Positions 6,935 through 16,546 of a stretch of DNA of 62,400 bases are shown here, piece after piece. A program made the translations under genes and the position numbers. The notes under the pieces are model-generated. The model was not told the origin of the DNA and did no database searches. It worked only from the letters and a program-made list of their open reading frames with translations. The stretch comes from an uncultured Planctomycetaceae bacterium (GTDB lineage: Bacteria; Planctomycetota; UBA8742; UBA2392). The stretch spans positions 1 through 62,400 of the forward strand of contig CAZZBH010000005.1 of NCBI GenBank assembly GCA_964652605.1, read 5' to 3'. Each line of letters opens with the position of its first letter. Positions within the stretch are counted from its first letter, which is position 1.

Positions 6935-9169
6935 ATGCGCGGGTTCATAGTACTGACTGCGATCGCGCTGGTCCTGTGCCTCCCGCACAGCCTTCGAGCC
7001 CATGAAGCGAACATCGCGCCAAGCCTGCTGCGGGTTGCCATGGCGGCCATGGAGAGCAAGGACTGGCGCGCAGAGGCCGACCGCTTTGCTCTTGCAGTCG
7101 ATGAACGCGGGCGAATCCAGGTCGCGCTTGACGCCAATGCCCGCTACCAGACTTGGATAGACGGCACGCAGGTGCGGCCGGCATTGGCGTTTCCGGCCGG
7201 CTTTGACGAATGGCTGGCTGCGCAGTTTTCCGACCTGCAGGTGCTGCCGGAATCCACCCAACGCTACTTCGTGCTCCGCGCGGCACCGGCTGACCTTGTC
7301 GAGCTTGCGGCGCTGTCCGTTGAAGCCGTGAAAACGTCGGCGCTGGTGCCCTACAACCCGGCCCGCACCACCTTCGGTGGCGTGGTCAGCCAGGGCGTGC
7401 CACGAACGCGGGCGACCACATTTCATGACTCCGGAGTGGCTGGGCAGGGAATGGCAATCGGCGTACTCGACCTCGGATTCCGTGGAGTTCAGGGTCGTGT
7501 TGCCGGCGAAATCGGCGCCTATCAAAGCCCTGTCGACCTGCAGCTCAGCGGCCATACACACGGCACGGCATGCGCCGAGATCGTTCGTGACGTAGCCCCA
7601 GGCGCAGAGCTGCACCTGTACCCAGTGTACGAGACAAGTGTGGAAGGGGCCGTGGCGCACGCACTGGCGAACGGCGTGAACATCATGACCGTGTCGCTTG
7701 CCTGGATGGGATACCCCGAGAATGGCCCCGAGTGCGACGCGGCGCGGATGGCCATTTCCAACGGCATGGCCTGGGTCAACTCCAGCGGCAACTGGCGAGA
7801 GCGCATGTACTGGGAGTCTGCCCCGCAGACTGACGCTGTGCGGTTCGGTGGCGATGCCACGTTGAACCAGGTCGTGGCTGTCGGCGGCTTGGTCGAGGTG
7901 GGTTTCAGTTACGAGGCACCGGACGAAAGCTACGCCCGCTATCAGCTTGTGCTGCACGAACGGCGCAACGGCATGACAGAACCGGTGGCGTACGGCAGCC
8001 CCGGCACCTTCTACCAGCTCGTCTCCTATGCATCCGTGCTCGGGGCGAGCTATTTTGTCAGCATTGAGCTGATCACCGACGGCACGCCGGGCCGGTTGCG
8101 GCTTCAGTCCTTCACCAACCGCTTTGAATACTTCACGCAGGAGGGAAGCGCGTCAAACCCCGCAACTGTCCCGGAGGTGATTGCCGTTGGCGCGGTGCAC
8201 CACACGCGCTATGGCAACGACATTGCCACGGCTGCCTACAGCTCCATGGGTGGCGGCGTGTTCAGCCTGGACATCGACGTTTGCGGGCCCACTGGCACGG
8301 ACAGCTTGACGTTCGATGGGGCCTTTCACGGCACCTCGGCAGCTGCTCCGCACGTGGCGGGGTTGCTGGCGCTGCAAGGCAGCCTGCATGGCAACTTGGA
8401 TGTGCTGGCATTGGCGCTGTTGGACGCCGGCCCGCCGGGCTGGGATCCTGCGTTCGGACACGGCCTGGCAAGGCTTTCGGGGCCAGATCTCGGACAACGA
8501 CTTGTGCTGACCCATCCGCTGGCGAGCCGTTTACCAGACGCCGCCGTTGGCCAACCTTATCTGGCCGTCGAGGCACGGGCGATTGGCGGGTCAGGCCAGC
8601 ACACCTACATGGGTGAGAATCTACCGCCGGGGATTGCGATCAACCGGGTTGGCCAAATCGAGGGTACAGCAACCGAAGCCGGCGAATGGACGGCGATCAT
8701 CGGCGCGACAGACGCCGCTTCACGCACTGTGTCACGCCAGTACCGCATTCGCGTGCTGCCCGCGGGCAGCATGCTGATCACCTCTCCAGTGGACGGACAG
8801 TTGCCGTCCGGTACCGTGCACTCGCCTTACACACCGTTGCGGTTTCTGAGCGCGGGCGGCACCGCCTCGTTCAGCCTGAGCTGGGGCGTGCTTCCTCCCG
8901 GACTAAGCCTCTCGTCTTCCGGCGAATTGGTAGGCCATCCGAATGTCGCCGGCGAGTGGGGCTTCAATGTTCGCGCCGTTGCACCTGACGGAGCTGCCCA
9001 TGAACGCGCGTACCTGCTGCGCATCGACGGCCCAAACCCACTGGGAATGCGCTCGTCCTGGAGCGCCTGCGTAGCCACACATACACGGCCGACCGGCTTG
9101 GCGCTGCTTGGCCTGGTTGCGCTGGTGCTGGCTTTGCGCCGCGCCCGCTTTTTTCGAGCATTGATATGA
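6935..9169 (+). CDS. Subtilisin-family (S8) serine peptidase with C-terminal putative-Ig repeats and a Cys-containing C-terminal sorting tag
   Basis: Asp-His-Ser triad contexts GVLDLGF, SGHTHGTACAE and HGTSAAAPHVAGLLAL. Ig-like repeats LPPGIAINRVGQIEGTATEAGEW and LPPGLSLSSSGELVGHPNVAGEW. Signal peptide MRGFIVLTAIALVLCLPHSLRA from the ATG at 6935. C-terminus is SWSACVATH followed by LALLGLVALVLAL and RRAR. Confidence 0.85.
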   Translation: MRGFIVLTAIALVLCLPHSLRAHEANIAPSLLRVAMAAMESKDWRAEADRFALAVDERGRIQVALDANARYQTWIDGTQVRPALAFPAGFDEWLAAQFSDLQVLPESTQRYFVLRAAPADLVELAALSVEAVKTSALVPYNPARTTFGGVVSQGVPRTRATTFHDSGVAGQGMAIGVLDLGFRGVQGRVAGEIGAYQSPVDLQLSGHTHGTACAEIVRDVAPGAELHLYPVYETSVEGAVAHALANGVNIMTVSLAWMGYPENGPECDAARMAISNGMAWVNSSGNWRERMYWESAPQTDAVRFGGDATLNQVVAVGGLVEVGFSYEAPDESYARYQLVLHERRNGMTEPVAYGSPGTFYQLVSYASVLGASYFVSIELITDGTPGRLRLQSFTNRFEYFTQEGSASNPATVPEVIAVGAVHHTRYGNDIATAAYSSMGGGVFSLDIDVCGPTGTDSLTFDGAFHGTSAAAPHVAGLLALQGSLHGNLDVLALALLDAGPPGWDPAFGHGLARLSGPDLGQRLVLTHPLASRLPDAAVGQPYLAVEARAIGGSGQHTYMGENLPPGIAINRVGQIEGTATEAGEWTAIIGATDAASRTVSRQYRIRVLPAGSMLITSPVDGQLPSGTVHSPYTPLRFLSAGGTASFSLSWGVLPPGLSLSSSGELVGHPNVAGEWGFNVRAVAPDGAAHERAYLLRIDGPNPLGMRSSWSACVATHTRPTGLALLGLVALVLALRRARFFRALI

Positions 9170-9208
9170 TGCCGACCGTAATAGAATGGACCCAGTGGGG
9201 ATGCCCGT

Positions 9209-11383
9209 ATGGCCGGAAGGCTGAGTCCGCTCAACCTCGCGCTGATGTTGATCACTGTTCTGGCGCTGATTTTTGGCGCGTGGGGCGTGTTTGGCAACGG
9301 CAGCGAGGCAGGTCGTGCGCCTCTGGCCCTGCCGCAGACCGATCAGATCGACGACCCGGATGCGGGTGCCGCCATGCGCACCGACGCCACCAGGCCGGAC
9401 AGGCACAACCCGCGCATTACCCGCAGCGCTGACGAGCCAGCCAGGCAGGTCTCGGGCGCGAAGGCTGAACTGCAGCCCAAGGCAGCTACAGGGCCCAGCG
9501 ACAAAGGCGACGCCGTCATCGGTGGCGTCGTTCTGCGCGTTGACGCCTCGCCGGCACCCGGCGTCGCAATCACCTGCCGCAACGCTGACCTTGAGTTGCA
9601 ACCGCCTTCGTTTCGCAATGGCGACGTCCAGCAATACGGCGAGCAGGTTCAACAGTTTCTGGACCGCACAGCCGCCGAAACCCGCCGCGCAACAACCGAC
9701 GCCGAGGGCCGGTTTCAGTTCGCCGGGCTTGACCCGACGCTTGCGTATAACCTTTACGCGCAGTCCCCGGACGGCGCGGCTGGCCAGCAGTTGCGTGTGG
9801 CCGCGGGAGACACCACACGGATCCTGCTGAGCTTCGTCGGGCGGTTTCGCGGCAAGGTCGTGAATGCAAATGGCGAGCCGGTGACTACCTTTTCGATCCG
9901 TGTCTGGGCGGCCAACCGTCGCTGGGAGGCACGCACCGAAGAGTTCAACAGCCCGGACGGAACGTTTGCCATGGAAGGCGCCGGTCGCCTGCAACTGGAA
10001 GCTGAAAGCGAAGGCCTTACGCTGCCTGCGCCGATGGACATTGACGCTTCTTCGGATGGCGACGAAATCGTGGTGAGGTTGCAGCCAGCCGCGGTGGTGT
10101 CGGGAGTGGTCACAGACGCGGACCAGAACCCGCTGGGCAATGTGTCTGTTACCCTGGGTCGGCAGAGCAACCAAGGCGGCTGGAATTACTGGAACCAGGA
10201 TCAAGGGCCGCGCGCGACCACGGACTCTCGGGGCCGCTTTCGCCTCGCGGGCCTGCCGCCCGGCGAAACAACGCTGCGCGCTACGATCGGCGACATGAGC
10301 ACCACGAGAACACTTCATCTGGCCGAAGGCAGCAACGATGTTCGCTTTGAGCTGGATGTCGGCGCAGTCGTGGCATTGCGCCTGAGCAATCCGGCCGGTC
10401 AGCCGGTGACGGCGGACTCCATCTGGTTTCATGCGGGCGGGCGCAACTGGTCACAGGGCCAAAGGCTAGCGGCGCGCGAACCGGGACTGGTCGAATTGGC
10501 GGGCCTTGAGCCGGGGACGTACACCGTGACGATCACAGCCGGCGGATATCCGCAGTTGCGATTCTCGCAAGAGTTGCAGCGCGGGCGCAATGAGCTCGCG
10601 CTGTCGCTTTCCAGCAGCGCAATCGTGAAGGGACGGGTCAGTGGCGCATCAGCCGCAGCACTTAGTAATGCTCGCGTGAGGCTTCGCCGTGAGGGCGAGC
10701 AGAACGAATGGAGCGGATGGGGAAGCGGCTTGAACGCGTCCATTGAGCGCGACGGCACATTCAAGCTGGGGCCGGTCGAGCCAGGGCAGTGGGTGTTTGA
10801 GATGACGCACCAGCAGGGCCAGAACCGCGTACTGCACAGCTCCATGCTTCAGTTGGTCGAGGGCGACAATCAGCATGAGTTTAGCGTGGACGCGGGGGCA
10901 ACGCTGATCGTTCGCGTCACGGATCGGCAGGGCAACCCGCTTTCCCGCATTGAAGTGGTAGCGCGAGGGGACCGGGCAACGACCGCACGGACCGATGCGC
11001 AGGGTGTCGCCACGATGGCATTCCTGAGCGTCGGCAGCTACACGATAACGGCATCCGGAGCTGGCATGGCTGCCCGCGACCTTGCCGCGAGCCTGGCCAA
11101 CGGCGAAAACACGTACACGATGGTGCTTCGCGAATCCGACACAGCCAGAATCTCGCGGGTGTACCCGAACTCGCAGGCGGCGCGCGCGGGCATCCAGGAA
11201 GGCGACTTGATTCTGGAGTACAACGGACAGCACGTAACGAGCTGGCAAAGCTTCGTTCAGGCGGCACGGGCAGCACGCGAGGCCGATGACGTGAGCATGG
11301 TTGTGTCGCGCAACGGCGCTCAGTTGACAATCTCTCTCAAAGGCGGCACCGTCGGCATTGAGGGCGTGGACGCGGTCCGTTAG
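9209..11383 (+). CDS. Membrane-anchored protein with repeated carboxypeptidase-regulatory-like (CarboxypepD_reg) domains and a C-terminal PDZ domain
   Basis: N-terminal [23 protein letters not shown]. Repeats such as [20 protein letters not shown]...[18 protein letters not shown]-like segment [29 protein letters not shown]. Confidence 0.7.
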   Translation: MAGRLSPLNLALMLITVLALIFGAWGVFGNGSEAGRAPLALPQTDQIDDPDAGAAMRTDATRPDRHNPRITRSADEPARQVSGAKAELQPKAATGPSDKGDAVIGGVVLRVDASPAPGVAITCRNADLELQPPSFRNGDVQQYGEQVQQFLDRTAAETRRATTDAEGRFQFAGLDPTLAYNLYAQSPDGAAGQQLRVAAGDTTRILLSFVGRFRGKVVNANGEPVTTFSIRVWAANRRWEARTEEFNSPDGTFAMEGAGRLQLEAESEGLTLPAPMDIDASSDGDEIVVRLQPAAVVSGVVTDADQNPLGNVSVTLGRQSNQGGWNYWNQDQGPRATTDSRGRFRLAGLPPGETTLRATIGDMSTTRTLHLAEGSNDVRFELDVGAVVALRLSNPAGQPVTADSIWFHAGGRNWSQGQRLAAREPGLVELAGLEPGTYTVTITAGGYPQLRFSQELQRGRNELALSLSSSAIVKGRVSGASAAALSNARVRLRREGEQNEWSGWGSGLNASIERDGTFKLGPVEPGQWVFEMTHQQGQNRVLHSSMLQLVEGDNQHEFSVDAGATLIVRVTDRQGNPLSRIEVVARGDRATTARTDAQGVATMAFLSVGSYTITASGAGMAARDLAASLANGENTYTMVLRESDTARISRVYPNSQAARAGIQEGDLILEYNGQHVTSWQSFVQAARAAREADDVSMVVSRNGAQLTISLKGGTVGIEGVDAVR

Positions 11384-11397
11384 CGCCGGAGACCGCC

Positions 11398-12063
11398 GTG
11401 CCCGACAGTTCCGCAACAACTGAATGGCAACAGAAGAAGCAGCACTACCAGCGCGACGACGTTGTCGATCACTACGATACACGACGCTTCCGGGGCGGCG
11501 TATCCGGGCCGAAGAGCGAGCGAAAGTGGCGGCTGATCCTGCGCGCACTGGGCGATGACGCCGGAATTACCAGCGTGCTGGATGTTCCGTGCGGCACAGG
11601 TCGATTCACGTCGCGCATCCTTGAGCGCGGATGGAAGCTGATCAATGGCGACATTTCCCGCCCCATGCTTGCCGCCGCCTCACAGTACGCAACCGGCGGC
11701 TATTTAGGGGGCGCGCGCATGGATGCCGAGCGACTGCCGTTCGCCGACGCCAGCATCGACGTCGTTCTAAGCATCCGGTTTCTGATGCACGTGCCGCGCG
11801 AGGCGCGCATTCGCATTTATCGTGAGTACGGACGGGTGGCACGGCGCTGCGTCATCATTGACGTGCGCCACAAGTACTGCGCCAACCTTTGGTGGAAGAA
11901 GCTGCGGCGCGCACTGGGCATGCACGTGAAGGTGCCCAGCCATCGCTACAGTCTTCGTGAGCTTGAAGCTGATCTGAGCCAAGCCGGCTTGCGCATTGTG
12001 CGCAAGGCATGGAACTACCCGCCGTTCAGTGAGAAGCTTGTTCTGCGCTGCGAGCGCAAGTGA
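11398..12063 (+). CDS. Class I SAM-dependent methyltransferase
   Basis: GTG start after GGAGA. Motif [13 protein letters not shown]. Length and downstream motifs are typical of the Methyltransf_11/25 type. Confidence 0.75.
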   Translation: MPDSSATTEWQQKKQHYQRDDVVDHYDTRRFRGGVSGPKSERKWRLILRALGDDAGITSVLDVPCGTGRFTSRILERGWKLINGDISRPMLAAASQYATGGYLGGARMDAERLPFADASIDVVLSIRFLMHVPREARIRIYREYGRVARRCVIIDVRHKYCANLWWKKLRRALGMHVKVPSHRYSLRELEADLSQAGLRIVRKAWNYPPFSEKLVLRCERK

Positions 12064-12064
12064 T

Positions 12065-12634
12065 CTAGGCAATTTCTTCAGCGCGCACAAAGTTGTCGCG
12101 CTCGCCGCGGCCGGTCAGCGGGTAATCCTTGCGCAACGGAAAGTGCTCGTAGTAGTCCGGAAGCAGCACGCGAGCGAGCTTCGGGTGGCCGTCAAACGTG
12201 ATGCCGAACATGTCGTACACCTCGCGCTCAATCCACGCGGCGCCCTTGTAAACGCCAGACGCCGTGGGAAGACGCGGGTCAGACTCCGACACTTCGCATT
12301 CGAAGCGAATGCGCTTGTTGTTCGGAACGCTGTACACCGTATGGATGACCGTAAACCGCCGCTCCGGGTCAAAGTCCGGCCGGCGCATGTTATCGACCGC
12401 GGTGATGTCGGTGATCATGTCAAAGCACAGTTCCGGATCGGCGCGCACGATCGCCAGAGCCTTCACCACGTTGTCGCTGGTCGTGCGGATCACCGTCTGC
12501 CTGTACTCGGTGCGGATGTCCGTGATCAGACCTGCCAGCTTGCGGCTTAGCAGTTCCTGGTCAACCTGATTCTCTTCCAGTGCGCGCGGAAATGTCGCTC
12601 CGGCCTGGGCACCGGTATCTTCCTGCTCCGTCAT
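12065..12634 (-). CDS. nuoC: NADH-quinone oxidoreductase subunit C
   Basis: The 30-kDa subunit signature region ...GAAWIEREVYDMFGITFDGHPKLARVLLPDYY..PLRKDYPL. Its start overlaps the nuoB stop (ATGA). Confidence 0.9.
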   Translation of the reverse strand: MTEQEDTGAQAGATFPRALEENQVDQELLSRKLAGLITDIRTEYRQTVIRTTSDNVVKALAIVRADPELCFDMITDITAVDNMRRPDFDPERRFTVIHTVYSVPNNKRIRFECEVSESDPRLPTASGVYKGAAWIEREVYDMFGITFDGHPKLARVLLPDYYEHFPLRKDYPLTGRGERDNFVRAEEIA

Positions 12635-13155
12635 CAGTTCGCCTCAACCGTCGGGCGGGTGAACTCGCCTCGCTCTGCTTTGCCGTCAATGATCTGCTGG
12701 ATCTTCAGTACGCCGTCAATCAGACTCTCCGGGCGCGGCGGGCATCCGGGAACGTACACATCCACCGGGATGAATTGATCCACGCCCTGAATCTGCGGGT
12801 AGGTATTGAACACGCCGCCCGTGCTGGCGCACGCACCCATGCTGATCACCCACTTCGGCTCGCCCATCTGGGTGTAGATCTCGGTGAGCACCGGCATCAT
12901 CTTCAACACAACGCGGCCCGAAACAATCAGCAGGTCGCTCTGCCGCGGGCTGAAGCGAATCACCTCGGCGCCGAAGCGCGAAAGGTCGTATCGGCTGTTC
13001 AAAGTCGCCATCATTTCAATCGCGCAACAGGCGGTGCCGAACGGGTAGGGCCACAGACTGTTCTTGCGTGCCCAGCCGATAACCTTGTTTATCTGCGTGG
13101 TGAAGAAGCCATCGCCGGCAAGCGAGGGGATCATCTGTTCAATGCCCATGGGCAA
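12634..13155 (-). CDS. nuoB: NADH-quinone oxidoreductase subunit B
   Basis: Fe-S ligand contexts [19 protein letters not shown] and VPGCPPRPE. Confidence 0.95.
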   Translation of the reverse strand: MPMGIEQMIPSLAGDGFFTTQINKVIGWARKNSLWPYPFGTACCAIEMMATLNSRYDLSRFGAEVIRFSPRQSDLLIVSGRVVLKMMPVLTEIYTQMGEPKWVISMGACASTGGVFNTYPQIQGVDQFIPVDVYVPGCPPRPESLIDGVLKIQQIIDGKAERGEFTRPTVEAN

Positions 13156-13600
13156 CCTCGGTGGTCTTCTGTTCCTCGACTGCGGTCAGGAAACGTCGGG
13201 GAACTTCGTCCGGACGGTGGCCGAGCGGCACGTTCCAGTCCAGCACACCCTTGCGCCAGGCATACAGCAACCCAAAGCCCAGCACTGCAAGGAACACGCC
13301 GACTTCAGCCAGGTATTCCACGCCTTTGCCACTCTGCACGTCGGCAATGAAAGTCGCGGCGTACGGCGCCAGCAGTACCGTCTCGATGTCGAACAACACG
13401 AATAACATCGCGAGGATAAAAAAGCGCACGTTGAACTCAGTGCGTGTCTCGCCGATCTGCGGCACACCGCACTCGTAGGGCTCTTCCTTGATGTGGCCCT
13501 TGCGGCGACGGCCAATCAGAATCGACGTCACCAGCCCGCCGGATGCCACGGCAAAAATCAGGGCGCAATAAACCAGCAAACTGAAAAAGTCAGCACTCAA
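13139..13600 (-). CDS. nuoA: NADH-quinone oxidoreductase subunit A
   Basis: TTG start 6 nt after GGAGG. Three TM helices. Motif YECG.P......F.V.F ([22 protein letters not shown]). Confidence 0.85.
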   Translation of the reverse strand: MSADFFSLLVYCALIFAVASGGLVTSILIGRRRKGHIKEEPYECGVPQIGETRTEFNVRFFILAMLFVLFDIETVLLAPYAATFIADVQSGKGVEYLAEVGVFLAVLGFGLLYAWRKGVLDWNVPLGHRPDEVPRRFLTAVEEQKTTEVAHGH

Positions 13601-13924
13601 TGTACGCCTCCGTAACTTGTTTTACCGCTGTGGGATGCTGGTGCAAGGGAGGTCCGGGGGACGCTTAAACGCCAGGGGCGACCCATGCGGGCCGCCCCTT
13701 ATCCAGCGTATTGCCATACGCAGGGGGTGGGCTGGATCTAACCAAGCCCGTCGGTCTCAGTTAGATGAGCCCCCCACGCTTTCGATCACAGTAGGTACAC
13801 ACAGATCACCTCCTTTCAAAAGGGCCTTGGCGTCAACCGGCGTCCGAAAGCCTTGCACCGGTGAGGCCGATCTGTCCCCGCCCGCGTCCGGGCGACGGCG
13901 CGCGAGTTTCCCCGCGACAGCAGA

Positions 13925-13952
13925 AGTGTAGCGCATCGCCTGAATGCGTCAA
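13925..13952 (-). promoter_or_regulatory. Candidate promoter for nuoABC
   Basis: On the minus strand: TTGACG, a 16-nt spacer, then TACACT, about 320 nt upstream of the nuoA start. Pattern match only. Confidence 0.2.
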
Positions 13953-14019
13953 CAAAGTTACTGACAGTTCTTTTCAACATTGTTTTCACCGACTGTTTGG
14001 GCCGTCACCAGGCCAATGC

Positions 14020-15612
14020 CTACAGCACCACCTTGTCGCGCGCGCGGAACTTCAGCCGGATCGGCACTTCCTGAAACATCGATGTCTGCTGCAGCTGGTG
14101 CTTGAGGTACGTGCGCCAGTTTTCCGGAAACAGCTCCGGCTCATTCACGAACAGCACGATCTTGGGCGGGAACGTCTCCACCTGCGTGGCATAGAATATG
14201 CGCCCCAGCCGGTTCTGGCGCGGCTGCGGGTGGTGCCGGTCAAACGCCGCATACACAAGCCGGTTCAATTCGCCGGTGCCGATGCGCTGGCCTGCCTGCT
14301 GGTGCAGCTCGTTGGCCAGATTGACCAGCTCAAACACGTTGTCGCGGTCTTTGGCTGAGAGAAAAACCAGCGGCGCATACGGCAACTGGTTGAACTTCGC
14401 GCGCAGGTAGCTTTCGAATTCGTCGGTTGTGGCGTCCTTCACCAGGTCCCACTTATTGATCGCGATAATGAGCGGCTTGCATTCCTTGGCCGCCAGATCG
14501 GCCAGTTCGCGATCGATTCTCGTCACGGGCTCGCGCGCGTCGATCATCAGCACGACGACGCTCGCGCGGCGCACGGCGCGAAAGCTGCGCGACTGACTGA
14601 AGAACTCGACGCTGTGCTCAAGCGACTTCCTGCGGCGCACACCGGCTGTGTCGATGGCAACGAACGACTTGCCGCCGTACGTAAATCGCACATCGACTGA
14701 GTCACGCGTCGTGCCCTCAAGCTCGCTGGCGATCACACGCTCGTCATTTGCCAGCGCGTTGACCAGGGTCGATTTGCCGACGTTGCGGCGGCCCACAATG
14801 GCCAGAAGAAGCTCCGGCGCTTCGGCGTTCTCAGCCTGTGTCCGCGGCGGCAGCTTGCTGCAGATCACCCAGCGCAGCTGTTTCAAATTGCGGTTGCCGC
14901 GCGCGCTGACCGGCACTGGCTCGCCCAGGCCCAGCTCGTACAGCGCGGCTGCCTGCACGTCGTGGCGGGGGTCATCGGCTTTGTTCGCCACCAGAATCAC
15001 TGGCTTGCCGGACTTTCGCAGAATGGCGGCGGCTTCTTCGTCGAGTGTGAGCACGCCATCATGAATGTCTGCCACGAATAGCACTACATCGGCTGCGGCC
15101 ACGGCGTTGCGGATCTGTTCGTGGACGTGCTCATTGACGCGCTGTTCATCGACGACGCCGATGCCTGCAGTATCGAACAGATCCACCAGGCGTTGCTCGC
15201 CTTGTTCGGGTCGCATGCGCGCGTGGGCCGACACACGGTCACGCGTGGTGCCGGGGCGGGGGTCTTCAATAGCAATACGACTGCCAGCCAGGCGGTTGAA
15301 AAGGCTGCTCTTGCCGACGTTGGGGCGCCCGACGATAGCCACCACGGGCAGGCGCAGGCCATCGTCGCGGGCGCGGCTTTCGGTGCCCAGCTCCGCTGCC
15401 GACCTCTGCCTGCGCGTATAGGGCTTGCCCTGCGCGGTTTCGCGCGGCGCGCGCGGCCGCTCGGGCGCGGGTTTGGCCTCCGGCCGCTTGCGCTTGCCGA
15501 CAACCTTGGCGTTGACGCGGCGCTTGCGCGCCTCGCCGGCTTTGCCTTTGCGCCGCTGGATGGCTGAACCGCGGTGCCGCTTTGCCGCCGCTTTCTTCAA
15601 TTTCTTGGGCAT
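14020..15612 (-). CDS. der: Ribosome-associated GTPase Der (EngA) with a ~95-aa Lys/Arg-rich N-terminal extension
   Basis: Two G domains (GRPNVGKSSLFN, DTAG; GRRNVGKSTLVN, DTAGVRR) plus a KH-like C-terminus. I chose the ATG at 15612 (MPKKLKK) because the ORF region upstream of it is occupied by a terminator hairpin. Confidence 0.9.
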   Translation of the reverse strand: MPKKLKKAAAKRHRGSAIQRRKGKAGEARKRRVNAKVVGKRKRPEAKPAPERPRAPRETAQGKPYTRRQRSAAELGTESRARDDGLRLPVVAIVGRPNVGKSSLFNRLAGSRIAIEDPRPGTTRDRVSAHARMRPEQGEQRLVDLFDTAGIGVVDEQRVNEHVHEQIRNAVAAADVVLFVADIHDGVLTLDEEAAAILRKSGKPVILVANKADDPRHDVQAAALYELGLGEPVPVSARGNRNLKQLRWVICSKLPPRTQAENAEAPELLLAIVGRRNVGKSTLVNALANDERVIASELEGTTRDSVDVRFTYGGKSFVAIDTAGVRRRKSLEHSVEFFSQSRSFRAVRRASVVVLMIDAREPVTRIDRELADLAAKECKPLIIAINKWDLVKDATTDEFESYLRAKFNQLPYAPLVFLSAKDRDNVFELVNLANELHQQAGQRIGTGELNRLVYAAFDRHHPQPRQNRLGRIFYATQVETFPPKIVLFVNEPELFPENWRTYLKHQLQQTSMFQEVPIRLKFRARDKVVL

Positions 15613-15625
15613 GGGCCCGTCTCGA

Positions 15626-15653
15626 TCAAATGCCCCCGCCTTTCGGCGGGGGC
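15626..15653 (-). terminator. Terminator hairpin after the BI-1/YccA-family gene
   Basis: On the minus strand: GCCCCCGCC-GAAA-GGCGGGGGC, a 9-bp stem with a GNRA loop, followed by ATTTGAT. Confidence 0.55.
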
Positions 15654-15680
15654 GCATGTGTCCATCTTGTTGCTGCCCTG

Positions 15681-16517
15681 CTAATCCCGGCTTCCACCGA
15701 GGAAGAACAGGATGTACTTGAACATGATGAAAAAGTCGTAGAACAACATCAGCGCGGCGCCCACCGCATCGTTGGCGCGGTAGTAGGCACGAGTCACCTG
15801 CGACGTGTCGTACAGCGTGTAGCCGACAAACAGGACCAGAATGCCGGCCATCAGCAGCCGCGACATGCCGTCAGGAAACGGCACAAAAATGTTCAGCAGG
15901 ATCAGCCCGATCGCCAGAATCAGTCCCGCAAACAGGTACTTGCCCAACCCGGAAAAGTCTTTGCCCGTGGCAAGCACAAACACCGTCAACCCAAAGAACA
16001 CAGTGCTCGTGATACCGAAGGCAAACGCGATCGTCATGCCCATGCCGGATTCCGTGAAGAACGTCAGCATCGGGGCGATCATGACGCCGCAGGCCGTAGC
16101 AAAAACATACAGCAGCGCCGTCTTCAGCGGGCTGTGCGACTTGCGCGTGAAGGCCACAAATAGGAAGGCCCCAAAGAAAACAACCAGCGACCCGATGCGC
16201 ATGGCATTAAAGCCGCTGTAGTTCTCGGTCGAAAGCAACTGATTCGTCAGCGCAACGCCGCCCGCACTGGCGGCAGCGGCCGTCAGCAATGCACTGGCAA
16301 AGTACGCATAGACGCGCTTGGCAAAACCGGCGACAGCAGGATCAGCCAGATCGCCCTCAAAGGCATTGTCGGCGTACAGCGTGTGCTCGTCGCCGTAGCC
16401 GGGGTGTGGCTGGGCGTGCCCGTATCCCTGCTGGTGAGGAACGGGCGCATAGGCTGGGTACTGCCGCGGCTGTCCGCCCTGGGGCGGGTAGGAGTTGTTC
16501 GGACGGTTCTCGTACAT
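15681..16517 (-). CDS. BAX-inhibitor-1/YccA-family membrane protein with a Pro/Gln/Tyr-rich N-terminus
   Basis: Seven predicted TM helices. C-terminal ...DAVGAALMLFYDFFIMFKYILFFLG is typical of the family. GGAGAAG precedes the ATG. Confidence 0.8.
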   Translation of the reverse strand: MYENRPNNSYPPQGGQPRQYPAYAPVPHQQGYGHAQPHPGYGDEHTLYADNAFEGDLADPAVAGFAKRVYAYFASALLTAAAASAGGVALTNQLLSTENYSGFNAMRIGSLVVFFGAFLFVAFTRKSHSPLKTALLYVFATACGVMIAPMLTFFTESGMGMTIAFAFGITSTVFFGLTVFVLATGKDFSGLGKYLFAGLILAIGLILLNIFVPFPDGMSRLLMAGILVLFVGYTLYDTSQVTRAYYRANDAVGAALMLFYDFFIMFKYILFFLGGSRD

Positions 16518-16546
16518 AGGCTTCTCCAGGACTGGCGGCCAGCATT

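Noticed and set aside
6881-10432. Long antisense ORFs 6881..7957 and 8903..10432 (358 and 509 aa)
   Set aside because: They lie opposite the well-supported S8 protease and CarboxypepD_reg/PDZ genes. Their Arg/Ala/Gly/His-rich composition is typical of antisense frames in high-G+C DNA.
12580-13350. 256-aa plus-strand ORF over nuoB/nuoC
   Set aside because: It is antisense to canonical nuoB.
13795-13825. Possible 3' end of a 16S rRNA gene (GATCACCTCCTTTC)
   Set aside because: Only the terminal ~14 nt match. The preceding sequence has none of the conserved helix-45 context (…GTAACCGTAGGGGAACCTGCGG…), and no ITS or tRNA follows.
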